Shown one piece after another: positions 29,355 to 37,676 of a stretch of DNA of 64,000 nucleotides; the first letter of the stretch is position 1, and each line of letters starts with the position of its first letter. The notes below the pieces were generated by a model that had not been told where the DNA came from, ran no database searches, and worked only from the letters and a program-made list of their open reading frames with translations. The position numbers were made by a program, and so were the translations under genes. The DNA lies in assembly GCA_963693055.1 (NCBI GenBank), contig OY843751.1, forward strand, positions 640,001 to 704,000, written 5' to 3'. Origin of the DNA: a bacterium (GTDB lineage Bacteria > Zhuqueibacterota > Zhuqueibacteria > Residuimicrobiales > Krinioviventaceae).

Positions 29355-30569
29355 ATGAAAAAACTACTTTTAGTATTGTTCTTGTCTACAAGTATATGCA
29401 TGGGGCAAAATTATCGTTTTTTTAATATGCAGAATATAGGCGGTACCCGTGCCTATGCAATGGGAGGATGTTTCACCGCGTCCAATAATGGAGTAGAATC
29501 CATGCTGGGGAACCCGGCGGGGTTGACTCGAGTTAAAAGCATACAAATTATGGCAACTGGCCGTACGTTTATCTCTGGTAGTGAAGACTATGAAGACCAT
29601 GTTAAAGAGGGAACAGCCGCTCCTCAAGCTACCCATGAAACTGAGGTCGTACATAAATTTTACAATGCGTCTGTAGCATTTCCAATATTCTCAGAAATGA
29701 AAAAGAAAATTGTTGGGGTGATTGGGTATCGAAATTTTTATGATTTATCTTTTAAAACGAATATCTCTACAAAATATAATATTGTACCACCACGCAAGCG
29801 ACAAACAATCCGGGAATACAATGGCTTGTTAAATGTGGTTACCCTGGGAACAGGTATTCAACTTGATGAAAAGGTGAGTTTCGGATTGATGTACAATTTG
29901 CCAGTAAATACAGAATACCGCTCAGTGATTGAACAAGTATACCCAGGCAGCAGGCGTATTGGGCTTTACAAAAATATAGAAACAGCAGATGTTTCAGGAA
30001 ATGGATTTTTTCAGGCGGGTGTGCAAGTCCGGCCTGTACCGCGCTTGACGCTGGGAGCTATGTATATAACGAGCCATACCATAGAGTATAAAAGCAGGGT
30101 TGAAAAAAAATACGATATTGAAAATAGTCTGGATGATTATGAAAAGCAATTCCCCCGATACTGGAGTGTGGGTGGACAATATTGTCTGTTTGATGATCTG
30201 TTATTTACTTTGGATGTGTCAAGTTTTGATTGGTCGGATGTATATAATAAAGATTATTACAAAACCGGAAAGACCTGTCATTTGGGTGCAGAGTATGTGA
30301 AATTTCTAAAGTGGAGAGCAGGGTATTATACATCTGATTTACCTGTTGGTATCTCCAACAGCGATCCTTTTGAAAAGCATGGTGTGAGTGCGGGTTTGGG
30401 ATATGGTTTTAAAGGGTTAGAGCTGAATTTAGCTGTAGTGTATCGTAAACTGGATTATGATGCTGTAATTGAACAAAGCCTTTATGATCCGGTTGATGCA
30501 GATGATCAGGATTATGAGATGCATGATTACTTGTTGCTTGCATCCTGCATTTATAATTTTAATTTTTAA
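29355..30569 (+). CDS. FadL/OmpP1/PorV-like outer-membrane beta-barrel, paralog 2
   Basis: GGAGG RBS, signal peptide, GGTRAYAMGGCFTA..NPAGL; ends SCIYNFNF. Confidence 0.78.
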   Translation: MKKLLLVLFLSTSICMGQNYRFFNMQNIGGTRAYAMGGCFTASNNGVESMLGNPAGLTRVKSIQIMATGRTFISGSEDYEDHVKEGTAAPQATHETEVVHKFYNASVAFPIFSEMKKKIVGVIGYRNFYDLSFKTNISTKYNIVPPRKRQTIREYNGLLNVVTLGTGIQLDEKVSFGLMYNLPVNTEYRSVIEQVYPGSRRIGLYKNIETADVSGNGFFQAGVQVRPVPRLTLGAMYITSHTIEYKSRVEKKYDIENSLDDYEKQFPRYWSVGGQYCLFDDLLFTLDVSSFDWSDVYNKDYYKTGKTCHLGAEYVKFLKWRAGYYTSDLPVGISNSDPFEKHGVSAGLGYGFKGLELNLAVVYRKLDYDAVIEQSLYDPVDADDQDYEMHDYLLLASCIYNFNF

Positions 30570-30584
30570 TTGTTGAGAGTGAAT

Positions 30585-31802
30585 GTGAAAAAAATAATTT
30601 TTGTATTGTGTTGTTCTATGAGTTTGTGCATGGGGCAAAATTATCGTTATTTTAATATGCAGAATATAGGTGGGACCCGTGCCTATGCAATGGGGGGATG
30701 TTTCACCGCGTCCAATAATGGAGTAGAATCCATGCTGGGGAACCCGGCAGGATTGACAACAGTTGATAACCTACAAATCATGGCAAGTGGTCGTTCGTTT
30801 TTAGGAATTGATGAAGGCCCTATACTCAAAAATGGAGGAACATCATCGTGGAGAACCACAACAGATACAAAAATTGATAATAAATTTTATAATGCTGCTA
30901 TTGCTTTCCCGATTAAAACGGATAAAGACAAGAAAATTGTCGGGGTGATCGGGTATCGCAACTATTATGATATTTCTTTTAATACAAGTATAATTTCTAC
31001 ATATGATTATGAGGATTATACCAGCAAGAATAAAAAGGCCCTTGATTATGATGGATTGTTAAATGTCATTACCATTGGAACAGGAATACAGCTTGATGAA
31101 AAGGTGAAAATTGGATTGTTGTACAATGTACCGACTCGTACAAAAAACAGATTAATGAGAAGGCAAGAAAATCAAACCAGCGAGCCTTTTAGAATATATG
31201 AAACAATCACAACGGCAGATATGTCCGGCAGTAATTTTTTTCAATTAGGAGTGCAGTTCAAACCTATACAACATTTGACCATTGGTGCAATGTATATAAT
31301 GGAACACACTGTTGAACAAAAAAGCAGGGTTGAAAAAGGGGGCAATGTCAAAGCCAGCCTGGAAGATACTATATTGGAATTCCCTTATTTTTGGAGTGCG
31401 GGACTACAATATCAACTGCCTTCCAAACTGATTATAGCCGTAGAGATGCAAAATTTTTCATGGGATGATTATTTAGGACGTTCGTATTACAAAACCGGGG
31501 ACTCGTGGCACATTGGTGCCGAGTATGAAGAAATATTGAAATGGAGACTGGGATATTTTTTAACCCGATTACCCTTTGATGATTCCAAGAACAAGCCTTA
31601 TGATACCTATGGTATAACCGGTGGCGCGGGATACACATTCAAAAACCTCAATATGAACCTGAGTGCATTATACAGGATAATGAAATCTGAAGGTACTGAA
31701 TATTCTCATTATGGATATGAAGTGATTGATTATGGAGAATATCATAATTATTTTCATGATATCCTTGTATATGCATCCTGTATTTACAATTTTAATTTTT
31801 AA
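30585..31802 (+). CDS. FadL/OmpP1/PorV-like outer-membrane beta-barrel, paralog 3
   Basis: GTG start, same hatch motif and SCIYNFNF end as paralog 2. Confidence 0.78.
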   Translation: MKKIIFVLCCSMSLCMGQNYRYFNMQNIGGTRAYAMGGCFTASNNGVESMLGNPAGLTTVDNLQIMASGRSFLGIDEGPILKNGGTSSWRTTTDTKIDNKFYNAAIAFPIKTDKDKKIVGVIGYRNYYDISFNTSIISTYDYEDYTSKNKKALDYDGLLNVITIGTGIQLDEKVKIGLLYNVPTRTKNRLMRRQENQTSEPFRIYETITTADMSGSNFFQLGVQFKPIQHLTIGAMYIMEHTVEQKSRVEKGGNVKASLEDTILEFPYFWSAGLQYQLPSKLIIAVEMQNFSWDDYLGRSYYKTGDSWHIGAEYEEILKWRLGYFLTRLPFDDSKNKPYDTYGITGGAGYTFKNLNMNLSALYRIMKSEGTEYSHYGYEVIDYGEYHNYFHDILVYASCIYNFNF

Positions 31803-31819
31803 TTGTTGGGGGGGGACAA

Positions 31820-33058
31820 ATGAAAAAAATACTGGTTATTTTATTACTCACCACGTCCGTTACTTTTGCGCAGATTTATCAGTTGCTGAATTCACCGGTT
31901 AATGGTGGTACACGTGCCTTTGCCATGGGGGGATGTTTTACTGCCACCAGCATGGGGATTGAATCCATGTTGGGGAATCCGGCAGGATTGGTTGACATGT
32001 CTCAATCTCAGATTCTGATAAATGGACGGTTTATGGTTACCGGCAATGAGACATATAATGATGAATATTATCGGCAGGTGGGTTACAAGGACTATTCCGC
32101 ATCGTACAATTCGCAATTCAGGCCCTTAACCCTGGCAATTGCGGTTCCATTTGTTCTGCCCATGTTAAATATAAACATGACCGGTGCTGTGGGATATCGC
32201 TGTTATTATGACTGGAATTATAATATTGAAAAAAATATAACGGCTATGCAAAATAGAAAATCTGTTTATCAAACCGAGCACAGGGGAATACTCAACGTAT
32301 TGACAATGGGACTGGGTATGCAAATATCAGAACGTGCTCAGTTTGGAATTCTGTATAACGTGCCTATGAATTCCAAATGGGAAAAGAACACAGAGGAAAT
32401 ATTTAGAGATACAAAGTCAGTGTCCGGGAACCGGGCAGATATTTACGCAAACAATTTTTTCCAATTTGGCGGACTGTTTCATATTACGGACCGCTTTTCT
32501 GTGGGTGCTGCCTATTATACGGGACAAACTCTTGAATACAAGAATTTCGAGGTGAAAGCCGATGATGGAATCTATTATCCTCACGAATATCCTTATGTGG
32601 AAAAATATGAATTTCCGCAATTTTGGAGCCTGGGTTTTAAAGCGGATTTGGATAAACGTATGATGGTGTCTGCTGAAATACAGAGCTTTCCCTGGGAAGA
32701 TTATAAATATAAAAAATATGATATGAATTTTTTCAAGACTCCTATGGAAGTACATGCCGGATTGGAATTTCAACATGGCATACAGTATCGTCTGGGAGCA
32801 TATACAAACTTTTTTTTTCTACATCGGGATGAAGCAGAATATGTTTCCAGGTATGGTTTAACCGGTGGGGTAGGATTTGATGCAGGCGGATTCAGTTTTG
32901 ACGCCAGTGGTGTTTATCGAATCGTTGCGGATGAATCTCCGGTCAATGTTATTATCATGGAAGATGGTCACGGCGGGTTTGATTTTGATTACAGCACCAA
33001 AGAGTTTGTTTTGTATCTGTCTTGTATTTACAGCTTTGATCCGGGTTTTGGATTTTAA
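31820..33058 (+). CDS. FadL/OmpP1/PorV-like outer-membrane beta-barrel, paralog 4
   Basis: Signal peptide, GGTRAFAMGGCFTA..NPAGL; ends DPGFGF, like paralog 1 (DFGLGF). Confidence 0.78.
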   Translation: MKKILVILLLTTSVTFAQIYQLLNSPVNGGTRAFAMGGCFTATSMGIESMLGNPAGLVDMSQSQILINGRFMVTGNETYNDEYYRQVGYKDYSASYNSQFRPLTLAIAVPFVLPMLNINMTGAVGYRCYYDWNYNIEKNITAMQNRKSVYQTEHRGILNVLTMGLGMQISERAQFGILYNVPMNSKWEKNTEEIFRDTKSVSGNRADIYANNFFQFGGLFHITDRFSVGAAYYTGQTLEYKNFEVKADDGIYYPHEYPYVEKYEFPQFWSLGFKADLDKRMMVSAEIQSFPWEDYKYKKYDMNFFKTPMEVHAGLEFQHGIQYRLGAYTNFFFLHRDEAEYVSRYGLTGGVGFDAGGFSFDASGVYRIVADESPVNVIIMEDGHGGFDFDYSTKEFVLYLSCIYSFDPGFGF

Positions 33059-33128
33059 TAGAGAAAAGTCTGATTGAGATGTGGTTAAGTTTGAATAGCT
33101 TGTGAGACAAATGTTTCAATGAAAATTC

Positions 33129-33152
33129 CGTGATGCAGACATCTGCATCACG
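33129..33152. repeat. Perfect 11-bp palindrome (REP-like)
   Basis: CGTGATGCAGA-CA-TCTGCATCACG. Confidence 0.6.
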
Positions 33153-33159
33153 ATCGGGT

Positions 33160-33341
33160 TGCATTGTTTTTATCCGTGCAGATCTGTGTGAATCCGGGGC
33201 TGATTAAAAAGTTTTTCCAGTAGAGTTGGGGGTGACTGTTCTTGAATGATATACAGAGCCAGGGAACTCTTAATTTTCGGTAAAGTGATGTATTAGCCAC
33301 AGATTTACACGGATGGAACACGGATCAATAAAAACAGTGCA
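33160..33341. repeat. Decamer-array inverted-repeat element, copy B (arms in opposite order to copy A)
   Basis: ATCCGTGCAGATCTGTGTGAATCCGGGGCTGATTAA (from 33172) matches the right arm of copy A; TTAGCCACAGATTTACACGGATGGAACACGGAT (from 33293) matches its left arm; the IR extends by TGCATTGTTTTT/AAAAACAGTGCA. Confidence 0.75.
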
Positions 33342-33439
33342 GAATATATCTTGAATTAACGGATCAGCAGGTAGGTATCTGCCGAATGGGGAAATTGGGG
33401 CGGTAAGAGTCTGGTAAATAGTGATATGGATGCTGATTG

Positions 33440-33829
33440 TTAACCACTCAGCGTGAAATTCTCGTCACCCATTTCTATATACATTAAAATTATCAATCCA
33501 ACCATTGTGAGTAAAACCGTACTGACAACATGTTTTATTGCCTTGTCCCGAAATCTTGATACTTTGAGAATGTCATCATAAAGAACGCTATACTCTTTTC
33601 CAGCAAAAACGCCGCTTACAGATTTATCCGTAATTTCGGTAACTTTGAATTGTACTCTGTTGCTGTCCGTTTTCAGGATTTTAACAAGCTGGCCTATATG
33701 GAATTGTTGCTTCCAATAGTTGTTATTTGCCTGTTGGGTTTCCGGTTTGACCATGGTCGAATAGCAGGATATATTAACAATTTGCGTTATCAACAGGAGC
33801 AATGTTATTCCGATTAATTTTCGGTGCAT
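33440..33829 (-). CDS. Hypothetical lipoprotein with C-terminal TM helix
   Basis: GAGG RBS, signal peptide with ISC lipobox and a hydrophobic C-terminus. Confidence 0.6.
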   Translation of the reverse strand: MHRKLIGITLLLLITQIVNISCYSTMVKPETQQANNNYWKQQFHIGQLVKILKTDSNRVQFKVTEITDKSVSGVFAGKEYSVLYDDILKVSRFRDKAIKHVVSTVLLTMVGLIILMYIEMGDENFTLSG

Positions 33830-33901
33830 AATTGTTTCCTCAGACTTGGGGACGGATGTCCCTGTTTCATATATCGTGATGAAGACAACTTTTGTGATCT
33901 G

Positions 33902-33925
33902 ACTGACAACTGATCACTGAAAACT
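33902..33925. repeat. 7-mer tandem repeat
   Basis: ACTGACA ACTGATC ACTGAAA ACT. Confidence 0.5.
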
Positions 33926-33997
33926 ATTTACTACTTGATATATTTGTCAAACAGCAAGGGGAACCACCCCCCCCCCTGGCTTTTATTGATTAATTTA

Positions 33998-34483
33998 TTA
34001 AAGGTATTTAGTCATTCGCAAAGCTTTAATGGGCATTTCCGGGTATTTATTCACGGTTTCCAGCGAGTGATTGAATCCCATTTTTTTATAAAATCCGCTA
34101 TTATTGTCTGGTACAATCGTATCCACAAACATTTTGTTGACTGAACTCCAGTTATCTCTAATCCACAATTCAGCAAAATGGATACAAGAGGTCCCAATTC
34201 CCTTGCCCAGAAAATCCAGATGCAGATAGATCAACGGAATTTCAGCGGTGGTTTCGTCAATACGCTTGATCATGAAAAATCCGGCAGCATCATCTTCATA
34301 TTCTACTATAAAGACTTTACTGGTTTTAGACATTTCAATGAAATCATCTGTTGTATATGCAGTAACAGCAGCGGAGACCTGTTGTGGAGACAACTCGCCA
34401 TAAAATTTTTGAATAAACGCGTCAATTCGGATTTTGAAACAGAAATAGGCGTCGTCACGGTCAAAGGGTCTTATCTTCATCAT
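33998..34483 (-). CDS. GNAT-family acetyltransferase
   Basis: IYLHLDFLGKGIGT acetyl-CoA motif and FYKKMGF. Confidence 0.85.
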   Translation of the reverse strand: MMKIRPFDRDDAYFCFKIRIDAFIQKFYGELSPQQVSAAVTAYTTDDFIEMSKTSKVFIVEYEDDAAGFFMIKRIDETTAEIPLIYLHLDFLGKGIGTSCIHFAELWIRDNWSSVNKMFVDTIVPDNNSGFYKKMGFNHSLETVNKYPEMPIKALRMTKYL

Positions 34484-35712
34484 AGCTCCTGTTGTTGGTT
34501 TTTATCGAATACCTGCTCCCATTTGATTTTTGCAGTGATCTGCATAAGTATAAACAGCGTTATTACTGAACAGATGGTGACAATCACACCTGTAAATCCT
34601 TTGAAAAAGAAGGAATATGAAAAAACAATCAGATACAGAACCTGAGTTACCGGTGCAACCAGTAATGCAAATTTTGCGGGTGTGAACAGGCGCAGATAAC
34701 TGATTGTGAGAAAAAGTGATACAACTGAAGCGATTGCAAACGTCAGGTACAGATTGAGATGGTCTGAAAAATAAGAATACATGAGATGGAACGAGAAAAA
34801 AGTTGCAGCCAGAAAAAAGTAATTCATGGGGTGCAAACGGGTTTTGAATGTGATGGAAAAGATGAAAATTACAATAAAAAAGAACAACAATGAAACCGGT
34901 GCAAAAAAGGTCACACGAGAGACAATTTTGCCGGGATTCAGCTTGTTGGGGATATTCAGACCAATGTCTTTACCCGTAACCGAGCTGTCCAGGTTCCATT
35001 CAAGAGTATAGCCATCTTTTGTTTCGGTTTTGCTGGTGGGCGACATCATATTGTTGGGAAAATCAATGTTTTTAAAATCAGTGGTCATGGTCAGGTTGAA
35101 ATTGTTGATCTGGCTAATGTCTTTGTCTTTGGGCGTTATAAAATAGCGAATGTTTTCCATTCCGGTACAGTCGTACGAGATTTCAAGCTGTATGTTGCCG
35201 TTCTCATCGGGAACAACGGGGATGGGCTCACTTTGGACCAAAGGCAGGATATCGTTTTGCTGTTCACCGTTAACCCATAGCGTGATATTGTTGTAAATCG
35301 AATTTGTAGAATGTAAAGACGCGTAAATGTAAAAAGTCTCTTGAGGAACAAAATTATCAATCGTAAACTCGTATTTGCCAATGAATTTGGATTTGAATGT
35401 GGGAAACCAGAGATTGCCTTTTTTACGCTGGTCTAATTGGGTGCTAATGGAAATATCTGACTTTTCGGGCCCCATTTTTATAAAATCATAAGGCTCTTTA
35501 TAGTCTTTGAATTGGTCTGCGAATACATGTCGTGTTCTTGAACAATAGGGCGCATTGATAACCAACTCATCGCCATAGAGATTGACAACCATGCTTTTGA
35601 TTGAAGAAAATGAAGAATCGGTACGAATTCCGGTAGAAACCCCCAGTATCATCCATGCTATAGTGGTGCTGAGATAGATGAAAATGATCGCAATAATGCG
35701 TTTTACACTCAT
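34480..35712 (-). CDS. CreD-like inner membrane protein
   Basis: N-terminal TM helix, large soluble domain, six C-terminal TM helices with RLHPMNY..FHLMYSYFSDH and LFILMQITAKIKW. Confidence 0.75.
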   Translation of the reverse strand: MSVKRIIAIIFIYLSTTIAWMILGVSTGIRTDSSFSSIKSMVVNLYGDELVINAPYCSRTRHVFADQFKDYKEPYDFIKMGPEKSDISISTQLDQRKKGNLWFPTFKSKFIGKYEFTIDNFVPQETFYIYASLHSTNSIYNNITLWVNGEQQNDILPLVQSEPIPVVPDENGNIQLEISYDCTGMENIRYFITPKDKDISQINNFNLTMTTDFKNIDFPNNMMSPTSKTETKDGYTLEWNLDSSVTGKDIGLNIPNKLNPGKIVSRVTFFAPVSLLFFFIVIFIFSITFKTRLHPMNYFFLAATFFSFHLMYSYFSDHLNLYLTFAIASVVSLFLTISYLRLFTPAKFALLVAPVTQVLYLIVFSYSFFFKGFTGVIVTICSVITLFILMQITAKIKWEQVFDKNQQQEL

Positions 35713-35725
35713 AGGTCCCCTTTCT

Positions 35726-35756
35726 GTGTAATGTTAGACGGGCTATAACATTACAC
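35726..35756. promoter_or_regulatory. Perfect 11-bp inverted repeat just upstream of the RBS of the CreD-like gene
   Basis: GTGTAATGTTA-N9-TAACATTACAC. Confidence 0.5.
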
Positions 35757-35810
35757 TCTCGGAGTAAACGCAGGTTCCAAATTGAAAACCAGTTTTTTTA
35801 TTGATTTCAT

Positions 35811-36122
35811 TCAGACAAGTGCTGTAACAATCCCCACCAGAGTCCCCAAAACTGCAGAAAAAATGGCAATGGGAACTATACTTTTGGGACTGTCTTTGAG
35901 CTGTTGAATCATGACCGGTATAGCAGCCATTTCTGCAACCAGAAAGCCTTTAAGCCAGGGCGCAATCGGAATTTGTATATAGGCGATAAAAATGGTAACG
36001 ACAATCCAGTGAACAAATGCCGAGATATTGGCATATTTGTCCAGTTTTTGAATGACCATGGGGATCACGTCAATGATTCCCGCAATAATTCCGATAGATA
36101 TAATAATTAAAAGTTTGAACAT
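35811..36122 (-). CDS. Small four-TM membrane protein
   Basis: AAGGA RBS; hydrophobic throughout (GIIAGIIDVIPM, SAFVHW). Confidence 0.7.
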   Translation of the reverse strand: MFKLLIIISIGIIAGIIDVIPMVIQKLDKYANISAFVHWIVVTIFIAYIQIPIAPWLKGFLVAEMAAIPVMIQQLKDSPKSIVPIAIFSAVLGTLVGIVTALV

Positions 36123-36164
36123 GATTTTTTCCTTAACTGCTAGTGTAAAAGAATTTTGGGAAAA

Positions 36165-36746
36165 TCAAAATTTTCTGACATATCCAAGGGAAGCAGCTAT
36201 TGTAGTATTCTCTTCCATATAACCTGCCTGAGGGCCAAATATTATAAAACTTTTTGTTGTAATTCTTTTGCTGAATGATAGTGAGAAATTATATTGAGCA
36301 TTTTGCATTGTTTTTGAACCAGCGTTGATAACTGACATACCTCCACCAATATAAGGATATATTGAAAAAGTGTTGGTAGCTTTAATTTGGCTGTATAGTC
36401 CGATCCCAATACTAACGGATGTATAATTGGGTTTAATACCTAAATATGATACTGATAGCATTGGGCAAACCGGAAATTTTTCACTGCCTTCCTTTGGCAA
36501 ATATAAGGATAATGATACATTTGGACCACCGTTTACATATTTATCAGATTTGACATAGCCAACCTGTAAATCAATGGATCTGTTTATTGATAAAGCCGAT
36601 TCAATCAGAACCATGTTGAGATTGTTTTCCGGGTCTGATATATAAACGCTATTCACCCCCCAACCCGAATGCGGATCCAGTACAAAGCCTTGAGAATATA
36701 CCATTTGTGCGCAAAACAGACAAACCAGAAATGTAATTTTTTTCAA
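36165..36746 (-). CDS. Small outer-membrane beta-barrel-like protein
   Basis: GGAGG RBS before TTG 36746, signal peptide, alternating strands and terminal ASLGYVRKF. Confidence 0.65.
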   Translation of the reverse strand: MKKITFLVCLFCAQMVYSQGFVLDPHSGWGVNSVYISDPENNLNMVLIESALSINRSIDLQVGYVKSDKYVNGGPNVSLSLYLPKEGSEKFPVCPMLSVSYLGIKPNYTSVSIGIGLYSQIKATNTFSIYPYIGGGMSVINAGSKTMQNAQYNFSLSFSKRITTKSFIIFGPQAGYMEENTTIAASLGYVRKF

Positions 36747-36774
36747 CCTAGCCTCCATATGGGTATGCATTGTG

Positions 36775-37533
36775 TTAAATTTTATTTGGAATGCGATTAA
36801 CCATTTTAATAGTATTTTGGATAAATTGTTCAGCATTTGGGGACGAATATTCCGAATATTCACTGTCTGCCCAAAGGACTTTGCCGGTTTTTGAATCAAC
36901 AATGTATAATGTGATCTGATAGTGAGAAACCTGATAAAAAGAAGCATAACCCATTGTTAATAAACCGGTCAACAAGCCCTGACCAATAGACTTTGACAAT
37001 GGCACTTTGTTGCCTTTACCTTGAATTAATACAAGTGGTTTTATGGGGGTTTGAGAAAGTGACTTGTGACCCTGGGTTCCTATTGAAGCCAGGCAGCTTT
37101 CAAGCATATTCAATAATCCGGGATCAGTACCGGTGCTGTCAAAATAAAAAGGAGCATGATGTACCGGCAATTCTTTGTGGTTCCAGGATTGTTGCTGTTC
37201 TGTTTCTATGGTTTTAGCGACTGCTTGTCCATCCAGAAATCTGCCAACTGTTGGGGGAATCACGTTTTCTATGTAATACCCTTTTTCATAAAATGCCTTT
37301 GTAAGCGTGTCTGATAAGGATTCTCCGATGTTATGACTGGATAATACATCTACAATCATTGTGTCGTTTTTACTGCCATGTGTTACCACAATGTCTGTAA
37401 ATATTGAGCATGATTCAAATTCATCTTTTTGCACGGAAAAATGCGGATATTTTTTAGCAGGATTCCCAGCAGCACAATTTAATAATATACATGACATTGT
37501 AATAATGAATACCATCCCACATGATTTTTTCAT
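36775..37533 (-). CDS. Hypothetical lipoprotein
   Basis: GGGGA RBS, LLNC lipobox and the IVDSKTGKVLW motif seen in CsgG/LpoB-like folds. Confidence 0.65.
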   Translation of the reverse strand: MKKSCGMVFIITMSCILLNCAAGNPAKKYPHFSVQKDEFESCSIFTDIVVTHGSKNDTMIVDVLSSHNIGESLSDTLTKAFYEKGYYIENVIPPTVGRFLDGQAVAKTIETEQQQSWNHKELPVHHAPFYFDSTGTDPGLLNMLESCLASIGTQGHKSLSQTPIKPLVLIQGKGNKVPLSKSIGQGLLTGLLTMGYASFYQVSHYQITLYIVDSKTGKVLWADSEYSEYSSPNAEQFIQNTIKMVNRIPNKI

Positions 37534-37623
37534 AACATCCCCTTGAATGATGAGTTTGATTTTTAATAGGTTTTTACCCAGAGTGTCAATTATTATTGAC
37601 ACTCGAATATATAAAATTCCATA

Positions 37624-37659
37624 GAAAAAGCAAAGACCAAAAATGTTGTGGCCTCTGCT
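37624..37659 (-). terminator. Terminator after the GHL10-like gene
   Basis: Minus-strand AGCAGAGGCCA/TGGTCTTTGCT stem (with G:U pairs) followed by a U-tract. Confidence 0.6.
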
Positions 37660-37676
37660 CTGAAATGATTTTTACT

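Noticed and set aside
29397-30757. 131-bp duplicate as a diversity-generating retroelement TR/VR pair
   Set aside because: Mismatches are not adenine-specific, both copies are coding 5' ends, and no reverse transcriptase is present
29017-33341. Decamer arrays as a CRISPR array
   Set aside because: Units are about 10 nt, directly tandem and inverted, with no unique spacers and no cas genes
36747-36947. N-terminal extension of the 36165-36947 ORF
   Set aside because: It overlaps the upstream lipoprotein gene; GGAGG plus TTG at 36746 gives a clean signal peptide
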